Positions 1 to 12,803 are shown, numbered from the stretch's first letter. The stretch: 63,791 nucleotides of DNA from Paraspadella gotoi (GCA_051294375.1 CM119271.1:10910338-10974128), one strand, 5' to 3'. Made by a program: numbers and translations. Notes: generated by a model not told the origin, from the letters alone.

Positions 1-120
1 CCTACTGCGAAAATTAAAACACATAAAATTATTTTTTTTTTACATATTATTATTCACTGATGGTATATTGTTCATAATTGACATTTAGAATTTTCGTATG
101 TAACTTTCACTACGCCTTAA
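1..120. mobile_element. Right arm of TTAA-flanked fold-back MITE (same family as 34940-35558)
   Basis: cctactgcgaaaattaaaa...gtaactttcactacgccttaa aligns by eye to 35438-35558; ends CTACGCC+TTAA. Confidence 0.75.
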
Positions 121-129
121 CCTTCAGTC

Positions 130-259
130 GTGACTCGGTGGCTCATTGAGTAAAGCCATGACCGGTACCTCCCCTACGAGAAGTGTGAGGACATCCGTAA
201 ACCGCCTTGGGGGCTTTGAAAACCCTCAAGACTGGTTCCAAGCCCAAGACCCCTTCCGT
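130..259 (+). mobile_element. Internally deleted copy of tRNA-derived SINE-like repeat
   Basis: Shares head gtgac.cggtggct.a.tgagtaaagcc and body gccttgggg..tt.gaaaaccctcaag.ctggtt..aag.cca.gaccc.ttccgt with 1715-1869. Confidence 0.6.
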
Positions 260-711
260 CCGTTGCTAAAAGGGTTAAAGAAGTTACGGATAGTCATCTT
301 CAGCCCACTTAGCACCTTATTCACAAATATATAAACAAAAAATCCTATTTTCACGACCGTTCAATTGTTTAAAAAAAATTAAACAAACAAAATAAACAAT
401 AATAAACGACCAGCTCGTTTTTCCATTTCGAAAATTTTTCCCGCCAAACCTTTCAACCGCAAAAAAAATCGGAACACACACACACACTCAATCTCATTCA
501 TGTTTTTTGTGTGGGTAACCGAGGGAGGGGAGAGAAGGGAGAACATTTTTTCACCGTTTTTTTTTTTTTGTGAAAAATTTCGAGATACAATCGACGCTCT
601 TGGACAACGAGCGACGTATGACCCCGTCGTGACGTCAGGGCGCGCGAGGCGAAGCGTCGATACGTGCGAAATGCGCGCAATCAGATTAGGACGCGAAGAC
701 ACGCAGATTAC

Positions 712-749
<38 letters not shown>

Positions 750-1714
750 NNNNNNNNNNNNNNNNNNNNNNNNNNNNNNNNNNNNNNNNNNNNNNNNNNN
801 NNNNNNNNNNNNNNNNNNNNNNNNNNNNNNNNNNNNNNNNNNNNNNNNNNNNNNNNNNNNNNNNNNNNNNNNNNNNNNNNNNNNNNNNNNNNNNNNNNNN
901 NNNNNNNNNNNNNNNNNNNNNNNNNNNNNNNNNNNNNNNNNNNNNNNNNNNNNNNNNNNNNNNNNNNNNNNNNNNNNNNNNNNNNNNNNNNNNNNNNNNN
1001 NNNNNNNNNNNNNNNNNNNNNNNNNNNNNNNNNNNNNCAACGAGAGAATTCTCTCTGTGAGTTTTTTAGTAGCACCGCGAGTACTCGCGGTTCGTTGGTC
1101 GCTCGATACGTCTGTCTGTCGGTCTGTCCCACTTACGTTAAAAATGCATATAATTTGCCCATAGTTGGTTGCTCATTTGTTAAGAAAGAAATAAACCGCA
1201 AATCTAAAGGGACTGCTAGCGCCGCCTTCACCGAAGTCTTCAGTAACTCCTAAAACTATAAAGAATAAAAGACGGAATTTTGATGCAGTGCATGTCGTAA
1301 ATACAGGGGCAAAACATTTTTTTTTAGTCTTGTCATGTCGTCATGTCGTCATGTCGTCATGTGATCAAAGGAAAATATACGTGAAAATAAGGTCACTGCG
1401 GCGCAACACATTGGAATTACCGTTCCTTGTTTTTTTTTTTTAAAAAGTCACGGTTGCGCATCGTCAATGCAGCGGAAAACAAGTTCGAGCGACGGGAAAA
1501 GCTTTTGTTTTCTTGTTAGTTTTATTTTTTATATTTTCTTGTTTTTTTTTTCTCGTTTCGCGAAGGACAATTTGTGCGGAAAAGCGCAAGAAATTCTCGG
1601 CTCAAACGACGCGAAAAAAAAATAGGAATTAGTAATTTGCTAATTAGACAAAAGACGTCGACGCAAATCCACGCAACGAACTTCCCCCCGTCTATAAACA
1701 TGACGGTTTCGCTT

Positions 1715-1869
1715 GTGACCCGGTGGCTAAATGAGTAAAGCCTTAAGCTCATGACCATAAGGTACCGGGATCGATCCCTAATGTTACCTAACCAGCGGTA
1801 ATCGGGAAGACGGCCTTGGGGCCTTGGAAAACCCTCAAGCCTGGTTTCAAAGTCCAGGACCCGTTCCGT
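1715..1869 (+). mobile_element. tRNA-derived SINE-like element
   Basis: A-box-like tggctaaatgag, B-box-like gggatcgatccc (1767-1778), CTCATGA pseudo-anticodon loop with broken stem; body shared with the copy at 130-259. Confidence 0.65.
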
Positions 1870-2107
1870 GACAGGGTGTTAGAGCCGTATCCACAGATTG
1901 AACCTGGAAAATATTAGGATTTTACATGGAAACTAACAAAAGAACATACATTAATCTAAAGCAATAAGACATAAAAATACTAATTACGCAAATCGCAATG
2001 TCAGGAAAAAAAACCTACTCGGGAAGTAAGGCAAAAACTTCGCAGAAAATAAGTCAGAAAAATGGGCAAAAAATGGGCAAAAAACGATACAAAGAATAAA
2101 GAAAAAA

Positions 2108-2250
2108 ACTACGCAGAAAATGAGGCAACAACTACGTATAAAATGAGGGAAAAACTACGCATAAAATGAGGGAAAAACTACGCATAAAATGAGGCAACAA
2201 CTACGCATAAAATGAGGCAACAACTACGCACAAACTACGCAAAAATGAGA
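2108..2250. repeat. 23-bp minisatellite (actacgcataaaatgaggcaaca), ~6 units
   Basis: Direct tandem periodicity, e.g. actacg at 2131 and 2154. Confidence 0.9.
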
Positions 2251-2890
2251 CAAGGACGATGGACCGCCCAGGGACGAGCCAAGGGGATTAGGCCCTTCGA
2301 CTCGGAAGACCAAAANNNNNNNNNNNNNNNNNNNNNNNNNNNNNNNNNNNNNNNNNNNNNNNNNNNNNNNNNNNNNNNNNNNNNNNNNNNNNNNNNNNNN
2401 NNNNNNNNNNNNNNNNNNNNNNNNNNNNNNNNNNNNNNNNNNNNNNNNNNNNNNNNNNNNNNNNNNNNNNNNNNNNNNNNNNNNNNNNNNNNNNNNNNNN
2501 NNNNNNNNNNNNNNNNNNNNNNNNNNNNNNNNNNNNNNNNNNNCCCCCTTACCTCCTCACTACCCACGCCGCGAGCGCATAATGGTTAACGAGAACTTAC
2601 CCTCGGGTTATGGACGAGCGTTCCCTCGTCGTCAACGGACCTTTCCCGAGGCCTTTGAACGCGACTTACCCGAAAATCAGGGTCGTGACTCGATGCGTCC
2701 CGAAAACGTTGCTCTCTATAATTTGCATGCAAGCTTGTGCAAGCTGGTACAAGCTTGGATTCTGTGATTTATTGGGTTAAATAAAACTAATTGCAGTTTA
2801 AGTTTGAGGTTTGTGAGCAATTGCAATACACACATTTGCATGCAGTGTGCAGCGTGCACTGGTTATCCACAGGATAAAATTTTAAGATAG

Positions 2891-2970
2891 ACTTTACTTT
2901 ACTTTACTTTACTTTACTTTACTTTACTTTACTTTACTTTACTTTACTTTACTTTACTTTACTTTACTTT
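2891..2970. repeat. (ACTTT)n microsatellite
   Basis: Perfect pentamer run. Confidence 0.95.
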
Positions 2971-4964
2971 TCTTTTTTTTTTCTTTACTTTTCTTTACAT
3001 AATTTTCATATTCTCGAACAGTCACTTGCCAATTGTCAAAACCTATATGGAAAATTCTAGTTTTCGCCTGTTCCGCCTTCATGTATGATTTTTATGTGCA
3101 TATGTGTGCGTGTGTGCATATTCATGCCGACTACTCTGTGTGCTTTTGACATCAACTCTCACTGGTTAATTTCTTTCTCTTTTATTATAGATTTCTGTTA
3201 AACTCTCTCTTTTTCTATCCCACTGACTATCTTTCTATCCGACTGTCAATTGGTTTCACTCTATGTCAGTTTAAGTACATCTCTATGTCAGTTTGTCCAT
3301 TAAACTGTCCATCTGTCTGACTCGGCTTCACTCTCGTTCTNNNNNNNNNNNNNNNNNNNNNNNNNNNNNNNNNNNNNNNNNNNNNNNNNNNNNNNNNNNN
3401 NNNNNNNNNNNNNNNNNNNNNNNNNNNNNNNNNNNNNNNNNNNNNNNNNNNNNNNNNNNNNNNNNNNNNNNNNNNNNNNNNNNNNNNNNNNNNNNNNNNN
3501 NNNNNNNNNNNNNNNNNNNNNNNNNNNNNNNNNNNNNNNNNNNNNNNNNNNNNNNNNNNNNNNNNNNNNNNNNNNNNNNNNNNNNNNNNNNNNNNNNNNN
3601 NNNNNNAAGCGCTTTTGTCCTGAAAGAGGTTTATTGCCTGGTAGGACGTTGAAATTAGTACTAAGGGAGCTAAAGAGATAGAGAGGGAGAGAGATAGAGA
3701 GAGAGAGGGAGAGTGAGCGAGAGAAAGAGTATAGAGAAAGAAATAGATAAATGTGAGGGGAAGAATAGAAGAAAAATAGAGAGAGTGTGTGAGAGAGTGA
3801 GAGAGGGAGAGATGATAAAGTTTTTTTATTTTTCTTTTTCTCGGATGTTTCTCCTTTNNNNNNNNNNNNNNNNNNNNNNNNNNNNNNNNNNNNNNNNNNN
3901 NNNNNNNNNNNNNNNNNNNNNNNNNNNNNNNNNNNNNNNNNNNNNNNNNNNNNNNNNNNNNNNNNNNNNNNNNNNNNNNNNNNNNNNNNNNNNNNNNNNN
4001 NNNNNNNNNNNNNNNNNNNNNNNNNNNNNNNNNNNNNNNNNNNNNNNNNNNNNNNNNNNNNNNNNNNNNNNNNNNNNNNNNNNNNNNNNNNNNNNNNNNN
4101 NNNNNNNNNNNNNNNNNNNNNNNNNNNNNNNNNNNNNNNNNNNNNNNNNNNNNNNNNNNNNNNNNNNNNNNNNNNNNNNNNNNNNNNNNNNNNNNNNNNN
4201 NNNNNNNNNNNNNNNNNNNNNNNNNNNNNNNNNNNNNNNNNNNNNNNNNNNNNNNNNNNNNNNNNNNNNNNNNNNNNNNNNNNNNNNNNNNNNNNNNNNN
4301 NNNNNNNNNNNNNNNNNNNNNNNNNNNNNNNNNNNNNNNNNNNNNNNNNNNNNNNNNNNNNNNNNNNNNNNNNNNNNNNNNNNNNNNNNNNNNNNNNNNN
4401 NNNNNNNNNNNNNNNNNNNNNNNNNNNNNNNNNNNNNNNNNNNNNNNNNNNNNNNNNNNNNNNNNNNNNNNNNNNNNNNNNNNNNNNNNNNNNNNNNNNN
4501 NNNNNNNNNNNNNNNNNNNNNNNNNNNNNNNNNNNNNNNNNNNNNNNNNNNNNNNNNNNNNNNNNNNNNNNNNNNNNNNNNNNNNNNNNNNNNNNNNNNN
4601 NNNNNNNNNNNNNNNNNNNNNNNNNNNNNNNNNNNNNNNNNNNNNNNNNNNNNNNNNNNNNNNNNNNNNNNNNNNNNNNNNNNNNNNNNNNNNNNNNNNN
4701 NNNNNNNNNNTTTTTTCTTCCTGTTTTTTTTTCTGTTTTTTTTTCTGTTTTTTTTTCTGTCCGACGAATTCGTTTCGATTTTTGCTTCGCTTTTCTCGTT
4801 TATTTCTCCTTCGTTTTTCCCATTTGTTTTTTTTATTTCTTCTTTTATATCTTAATGCGTTTCTATCTTTCTTTCTTTTCTTTTACTTTTCTTTCTTTCT
4901 TTTCCTCCTTTTCTCTCTTTCTTTTTTATTTTCTTTTTCTTTCTTCCTTCCTTCCTTTCTTTTT

Positions 4965-4965
4965 T

Positions 4966-5050
<85 letters not shown>
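4965..5050. repeat. (TTTC)n microsatellite
   Basis: Tetramer run. Confidence 0.95.
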
Positions 5051-5052
<2 letters not shown>

Positions 5053-5320
5053 CTAATTTTTGATTCTTAAATTTTCTCTTGTCTTATTATAATCACAAAC
5101 ACGGATAAAAATAGAAAAAATCCCATATTTCTTATTTATTTTTTTGTTACAATGTTCAATTCTTTCACATTCTTTCACATTCAATTCATTCACATTTTTC
5201 TTCCTCTTTTTTGTCGATATCTTTGTTTACTATCAGTTGCCATTTCTCCGCGTCTGACAATAACTTTTCTCTGATGCCAGTTTTTCGCGCGCGTCAGAGA
5301 CCAAAACTATTTTTGATCAA

Positions 5321-5435
<115 letters not shown>

Positions 5436-6164
5436 ACCTTCCGGTTCTCACTACATCAACGCGAGAGAGAGAGAGATCAACATCGTCGTCGTCATCCCTA
5501 ACATCCTCATCATCATCACCTGCGTCGACGTCATCCGCCGCCGCAGCAGCCGCCCCGCAGAATCTTCCACCGCAGCGGGAGCAGCGGCAGCAGCGGCCTT
5601 TAATCCTTCCGTTCCGGAATATCTCCTCCTTTCTCTTCTTCTTCCAACTCCTCCCCTTCTTCCTCTTTTTCTATCTCTCACTCTCTCTCACTCTCTTAAC
5701 TCCTCTCCTTCCTCCTTTCCTTCCTCTCTTTCTCTCCATCTTCCTCCTCCTTCTCCCTTCTCTTTTAATAATCTTCTCTCTGCACCTCCTCCTCTTCCTC
5801 CCTTCTCTCCCTCCTCCTTCTCCACCTCCCTCCCCCCTCTCCTACCTCCCTTCACCGAAATCGTGTTTGCGTCGCTTAAAGATCAATCCAACGCCGTCGT
5901 CCACAAAAGGCAGGACCGTCTTTCAATCTTCTTCCCTCCCTTATCTTTTTCTTTTACTCTTTTTTTCCCCCACTTTTCTTTTTTTTTTTTGCGTGATTTT
6001 TTTCGAAAAGCGTCCCATTTCTGTTTATTTAATACCTGAAGAGTGGTGTTCATTACCAAAATCTTAAAAAAACTATAATCTTAATTTTAATCTAATATAA
6101 TGCAATCTCTAACCTTGATCCTGTTTGCAAAGTAAGTTTTTTTTTAATTGAACAATAGTGAGTT

Positions 6165-6220
6165 ATAATATCAGACATGTTTCGGTTCTGATGCGAACCT
6201 TTATCAGTATGAAATATTAT
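6165..6220 (-). ncRNA. Penelope-type minimal hammerhead ribozyme-like motif, G8>A variant (second copy 10016-10070)
   Basis: Minus strand reads CUGAUAA-A-GGUUC gcauca GAACC-GAAAC-AU-GUC, flanked by partly complementary auaauauuuca / ugauauuau (stem I). Confidence 0.5.
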
Positions 6221-7939
6221 GCCTTACCCCTTATATTTTAATTTTTTTTTTATCTCTCTCATTTACGTTTTTATTTTTATCTGGGTTGTATTTGACCTGT
6301 CGATCTGATATCTTTATTTGGTCACCTCAAATTTTACAGAGAGAGAAACTATATTTTTAGTTTTATTTTGAACTCAATTCTGATTACAGTTTTATGGGAT
6401 ATTTTTAAATTCTTGATTAATAAATATTTGGAAACCTTTTTACGTCTTAATATTCATCCGAATTCGACTCGATATTCAGCAAAGATTCAAGTATTCATGT
6501 AAAAAAGATCCTTCGTCACTCTACAAGGAATGGGCGATGTCTAGAATGCGCTACTCCACGCATAAGTTTATTACGTTACTTAGCTAAGTTTGATAGTTTA
6601 TAAACCAAATTCATATTGGGTTTATAAAAAAAAGAGAAAAAAAGAGGGAGAGNNNNNNNNNNNNNNNNNNNNNNNNNGGGCGCGTTGAATTCTCTTGTCG
6701 CAACCACGCGATCTCTGGTTCGTGAAAATTGGCGGGGGCGGGAGAAGGGGGGCGGGAATCGGGTGAGACCTCACACAGAAGAGCTGAATTACGACCGACG
6801 ATGAGTAAACGTAAATATGTGTAAAAAAGGGAATTGGTGAGTGAAGACGCGTACCCACCGACGCCGCCGCTTTGCCGTGACGAATCATAATCGATTTTCT
6901 CAAGGTCACCACAATCGCTGAGAATCCAATGCAATTTGACTTTTTCCTTCTGTCGTTTTTTTTTTTTTGATTGGGGGGGGAATTAGTTTAAGGGAAATTC
7001 CGATCAATTATATCTCTTTTTGTTGGTTTTCTTGTTTATCTCATCTCGGTTAATTCGCGCGTTGAGAGATTTAAATTTCTGCAGGACCAGCTGCAACCAA
7101 CATTATTTAGTAAGTATATGAACTCATAGGATTTTCTAAGATACGAAAATCAAAGGATATTTTTATTCTAGAGATAAAAGGTAGCACGGAGAGATGAGAT
7201 CAAGTAGCATTACTTGAGGAACAAAGGAGAAATAGCTAAGTTCTATTTATAAACATCGATCTGCAAATCTGATGTGGTCGAATTCCGGTTCGGCGAAATC
7301 CATTCCTTCTATAATCCAAGACAAGTCTTTTTGTTCATAACGACTCTTTTCTTAAATGCCTTTAGACCGGTTTGCGCAACAACCACCCGATGCCGGCCGG
7401 ATTCGCCGGAAATGGGCGACGGCCCGTCATCGGCCTTTCCGCGGTAGTGAACGTCCATTTTACAAAAGAACAGCGTATTCAGTCCCGGCAATCCTCCGGA
7501 ACAATTAAAGTTTTAATATTTGCATTAATCTGAAACAATAGAAAAGTAAGCCGTTTCCTGTATATCTTCCTAGCGATGCCAGCCTGATGCGACGGTTGTC
7601 GAGAAGTCTCGATTACGTCTCCGGCCCGCCGCCGGTGAACCTGCAGATCCGCGGCGACTGAAGCGGAGGCGTAGAAAAGGTCTGTCGGCGGCGCGGCGAA
7701 AGACTTTCCTCTCGAGAAGAAACACAGGTGGAATCTTCGAGAGGCGAACGAAGTATTAGTTGTTTTTTAGAGAGAGACTAACAGTAGCAAGGATATTATC
7801 CGAATATTAGTTTTCGTCGAGCACAATATAAAATACAATCGAAAGTAGATAATTGCTACGGAGACACATTTAAAACTTTAATCGTACTTCACGCAAGCTT
7901 CTGAAACAAATCTAATGAAAGTCCGCTCTTACGTCAAGA

Positions 7940-8670
7940 ATCTGTAATTTCAAAATTTCAAAGAATCAATGGCATAAAGATAAGGGTTTAACCTATTCCA
8001 TGCTACCTCCTATGACTATTAATTACGGATACCTGAGAGTCGGGTTGTATTGTTAAAAAATAAACTTGAATTAATGAAAGGAAAACAAGTAAAGGGCGCA
8101 GCAAAAATCGTTCACCTTTAGGTCAGAAAGAAGCAGATCAAGTAAACTAGTGGCGGAAGCTGTACCACACGGCGCCAATCCTAGCAATCACCATATCGAG
8201 AGTATAGATTGCCGAGGATAAGGGAAATTATCGTGTAAGATAAAAGGAATAATATATGATGCTGGTCATTCGGAGAGAGACGTCAATGATATAGAGAGAG
8301 TTTAAAACAATGTCGGGCTTGGAAAGGAAAAGAAAGAATTGGGGAAAAGAAAAAAAGGGCAAAATTTTCCCAAAAGAATACCCCATTCAGTTAAATTCAG
8401 GAAAAAAACACACACATCAGGCACAGCACATCAACCACAGCATCAACGATGCAGAACGCACCAGAGCAGGAGGCAATCAGCGAAGACAAGGAGATCAGGA
8501 AATCGACACCAGGAACCAGCAGCACAGAAATTAATTTTTTAAGTGGTGTGAGGTATTAAAGTTAAGGTATAAGGTGTGCGAAAAGGTTCAACAATTGCGT
8601 TAGATATTAAGATAATAAGATATTAAGATTTATGGTTAAGCGGATAAGGGGATAAGGATTAAGGTAAAAT
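7940..8670. repeat. Noisy inverted duplicate of ~10545-11000
   Basis: catgctacctcctatgactatt (8000s) vs aatagtcatagaggtagcatg (10940s); aaggtgtgcgaaaaggttca vs tgaaccttttcgcacacctt. Confidence 0.8.
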
Positions 8671-9104
8671 TTGGTGAACGAACGAACGAACGAACGAACG
8701 ACGGGGCGTAACGCCTCCTGTCCCGCCCGGTCTCACCACTCGACGCTCGACGGCGACGCCTGCCGAGTTTGACTCGAATTTAACCTTCGTTTTTTCCCTT
8801 TTGTTTGTTTTTCTCTTCGTCGACGGAGCAAAACATCCGGACGGTGGTTGTTGTTGTCGTTGTTGTTGTCGTTGTTGTTGTTATTTTGCAATCCTGTCAT
8901 TTTTCTGGTTTAGCTTACTGACTCCATCTTTGGGTTTCTCTCTAGATCTATTTTTTTCTTGATGTTGCTATATTTTTTTCTCTCTCTCTCTCTCTGTGTG
9001 AAACATAAAAAAACGGAAAGGGTTCAATGATAACTGAATAAATAATTTAAATTACTTTTATACGTGTAAATTATGTAAACTTAATACTTTTTGTNNNNNN
9101 NNNN

Positions 9105-10540
9105 ATGCGCTACTCCGCGCATAAGTTTACTACGTTACTTAGCTAAGTTTGATAGTTTATAAACCAAATTGATATTGGGTTTATAAAAAAAAGAGAAAAA
9201 AAGAGGGAGAGATGACATGCGGGGCGGGAGCAGGCGGCCTTAATCCTTCCGTCCGGGTAATATCGTTTGTCCTGCCCTTTGTCCTTCTGGTCGTTGTTCT
9301 GTGCCAAGCTCCTCCCGCTTCTGGTGCCCATACGGCTTTTCTAGTCATGGCTCGAGCTGCTCTCTTCAGGCTCTTGCTTAAACTTCTCTGCCTTCTCCTT
9401 TCCTGGTCCTCTCTTTCTCTCATCTTCCTCTGCTCCTGTGCTCCTTGCTCTCTTTTAAGTAAGATCTTCTCTCTGGCCATGATCCTCCTCCTCTTCTTCC
9501 CGTCGGTCTCTCCCTCCGATGCCTTTCCACGTGGGGGTGTGGTGCCGGGCGCGAGGGGAGCCTCGCCTGCTCGGGCCCGCCTGTGCCTACCTACCCTTCA
9601 CCGAATAAGTGGGGTGGGGGGGTCGTGCGCGGTGGGTGGGTGGTAGGGGTTTGGGCGGGGTCTGTGCTTACAAGGATCGGAATCCAACGCGCGGCCGGTC
9701 TGGGTCTTCCACAAGAAAGAGTGCAGGACGCGTCTTCAATCTTCTTCCCGTCCCTATCTTGTTCTGGTACTCTTTTCCGGCCCACGTTTTCTTTTTTTCT
9801 CATTTGCGGACTTTGCGTGATTTTTTTCGAAAAGCGTCCCATTTCTGTTTATTTAATACCTGAAGAGTGGTGTTTAACCCATCATTACCAAAATCTTGAA
9901 TAAAATAACTTATTAATCTATAATTTTTAATCTGAATATAATTGCTAATTTCTAACCATTGATCCTGTTTTGCCCAAAGTAGAGTTTTTTTTGAATTGAA
10001 CAATAGTGAGTTTTGATAATATCAGACATGTTTCGGTTCTGATTTGCGAACCTTTATTCAGTGAAATATTTCATGCCTTACCCCTTATATTTTTTAATTT
10101 TTTTTATACTGCTCTCATTTCGTTTCATGTGTTTATGCTGGGTTGATTTTGACCTGTCGATTCTGATGAGTCTTATAATGTGTGTCACCCTCAAATTTTA
10201 CATGAGAGAGAAAACTATATTTTTAGTTTTATTTTGAACTCAATTCTGATTACAGTTTTATGGCGATGATTTTTAAATTCATTTGATTAATAATATATTT
10301 GGAAACCTTTTTACGTTCTTGAAATATCTCGATCCGCAATTCGACTCGATATTCAGCATAGATTCAAGCTATTCATGGGTTGTAATAAAAGATCCTCGTC
10401 ACCTCTACAAGATGATGGGCGTATGTCTAGAATGCGCTTACTCCACGCATAAGTTTATTACGTTAGCTTAGCTGAAGTTTGATAGTTTATAAACCAAATT
10501 CATATTGGGTTTATAAAAAAAGAGGAAAAAAGAGGGAAAG
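9105..10540. repeat. Noisy direct duplicates of ~5575-6652
   Basis: 9105-9212 matches 6546-6652; 9222-9265 matches 5575-5622; 9670-10540 matches 5880-6650 with many insertions. Confidence 0.85.
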
Positions 10541-11539
10541 AGCCAAGAATTTTACCTTAATCCTTTATCCCTTTATCCCTTAACCATACATCTTAATATC
10601 TTATTATNNNNNNNNNNNNNNNNNNNNNNNNNATCTTAATATCTAACGCAATTTTGAACCTTTTCGCACACCTTTATCCTTAACTTTAATACCTCACCAC
10701 TTTAAAAATTAATTCTGAATTTAAACTGAAATGGGTATCTTTTGGAAAATTTTGCCTTTTTTCTTTTCCATCTTTTCTTTCCTCCGCCCAACAGGTTTTT
10801 TTTGGCGATTCTTCTTGTTTCTTATCCGTTGCTATTTTGTTTTGTTGCGCCAGTTACGCGAAGGTCCTTTACTTGTTTTCTCCTTTCATTATTCAAGTTT
10901 ATTTTTAAACAATACAACGACTCTCATATCGTACATATAATAATAGTCATAGAGGTAGCATGAATAGTTAAACAAACTTATGCCATTTTGATTTTGAATT
11001 TGATTCTGCATTAGGATTTTGGAATGGAAACAAACTTACTTCCTTTTGTGATTTAATCAATAAAACTTTATTTCCGATTATTTTAAATTATCATTAATCA
11101 TTGTTAATATTATTTTTAACTAATCTTTCCATTTTTCAAACCGATTACGTGATAATATGATTAGATTAAATGTCAAAAATATCGATCAAAAATTATGAAT
11201 TTCTGCTAGGCATCTGATGTGTAAAGTCGATACATTCGAATAAATTAATACTGCAATATGCAAATAAGATTTTCATATCATTTTTTTAGATTTTCATATC
11301 ATTTTTCGCGAATCAAGATAACAAAATTGAAAGTAAACAAACAAAAGACATTGGAAAAAAACAAGCACGATGAAATGTATGAAGGAAAGAACTAACAAAC
11401 GAACGAACGAACAAACTAAAAAATTTAACGCGCGCGCCGAACGAACGGAACCGCGCCCACCGAACGAACGAGAACGAACGGCGAAGAACGACACGAGTCA
11501 GTATCAGCCACGACGGCGTAACGGAACAGACACACCCAC

Positions 11540-11726
11540 CCTTGATCCCTTACCCCGACGAACGGCAATCGTTCCTTATACAACCTCCCCGTCGCGGCCC
11601 AACGACGACTACGGTGCAACGAACTGGCGCCTTCATCGGATTTCGGCGGAAGCTTTAAATAATCCGCTTTCTGTTTTCACGTTCGGGGCGGGCGGGGTGA
11701 AACGGGTCATGCTGAACTCCGGCAAG
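11540..11726 (+). CDS. Candidate exon A of unknown multi-exon gene (5' boundary uncertain): ...DDYGATNWRLHRISAEALNNPLSVFTFGAGGVKRVMLNSGK
   Basis: GC-rich complex island inside track ORF 11370-11813; AAG|gtgaag possible phase-0 donor joining exon B in frame. Confidence 0.4.
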
Positions 11727-12208
11727 GTGAAGTCTGTTGTGTCCGATTCGAGCGGAGCGATTAATTCAATCAATCAACAATCAATCAATCATTCGATGAA
11801 ATTTATAAATTAGTTAATCATTTATTCAGTAATCAAATCATTTGGATAAATCATCAATAAGATCAATCCTCGGTTGTTAGAATAAACAAATAAATTAATC
11901 AACCAGTCCTTTCGAGCATTAATTCGACAATGAAGACTGTATCTATATTTCATACAAATATTATCCCGTCGCTCAATTAGTTAATAAATACGTCAATATG
12001 AGAGTGTATAATCACATGCAAAACAGTAAAATCATTTTTAAAAAATTAATTGCAATGAATCAAGATCACAATACAACAGTTGATCGAGTCAATCAGCGAT
12101 CACTCAAGTCATATAATTCGAACAACAGAGCGGCCAGGTAATTCATAATCACTAAATAGACAATTTTAAATTTAATCCAATTCAATAAATGAACCCTCCT
12201 TTCTAAAG

Positions 12209-12310
12209 GCGTTCGAAGTGTTCTTGGAGCATCTTGGGGTGGACTACACACCGTCTACACGAAACTTGAAGCGTCTGGAACATCACGCCAATGTTGCCAA
12301 CGTGAGGCAG
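12209..12310 (+). CDS. Candidate exon B: AFEVFLEHLGVDYTPSTRNLKRLEHHANVANVRQ
   Basis: ccctcctttctaaag acceptor, 102 nt open frame, CAG|gttgag donor, phase 0/0. Confidence 0.55.
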
Positions 12311-12334
12311 GTTGAGAGAGAGAGAAGAGAGAGA

Positions 12335-12378
<44 letters not shown>

Positions 12379-12392
12379 ACGAGAGAGCAGTA

Positions 12393-12431
<39 letters not shown>

Positions 12432-12723
12432 GAGCAGAGAGAGATCTTTTGCATTTCCTTGATATCTAATATTTTCAATCTCGTTTATCTTTTTTTTTTA
12501 ATTGATTTTTTATAGATGAAATGAACTTTTGAAATGTAATAAATAAAATGAACTTCGAAATCGGTGAATTGAATCTTTTTTTTCACTCGACTTTCGTAAG
12601 TACATATGATAATTTTTCTTGAATAGAGAACTTCAAAACACGCAGCCGCTTTATCATTATGCATTCGTTTCAATTCTTTTTTATTGAGCTTTTTTTTAAT
12701 GTAAGTTTGAGTATTGTAAAATT

Positions 12724-12803
12724 TAAGTAAGTAAGTAAGTAGTAAGTAAGTTAAGTAAGTAAGTAAGTAAGTAAGTAGTAGTAGCTAGCTAAGAGTAAGT
12801 AAG
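12724..12803. repeat. (TAAG)n microsatellite
   Basis: Imperfect tetramer run. Confidence 0.9.

Noticed and set aside
1715-1787. Functional tRNA-Met gene
   Set aside because: Anticodon and acceptor stems pair poorly, and it continues into a repeated body, so it is better explained as a SINE head.
500-4855. Long track ORFs (186, 166, 380 aa; likewise 24833-26098 and 30614-31483)
   Set aside because: They are open only because they run through N gaps and microsatellites.
9212-9646. 144-aa hydrophobic ORF
   Set aside because: Lies in a noisy duplicate of the CT-rich tract at 5575-5860, and the frame is not conserved between copies.
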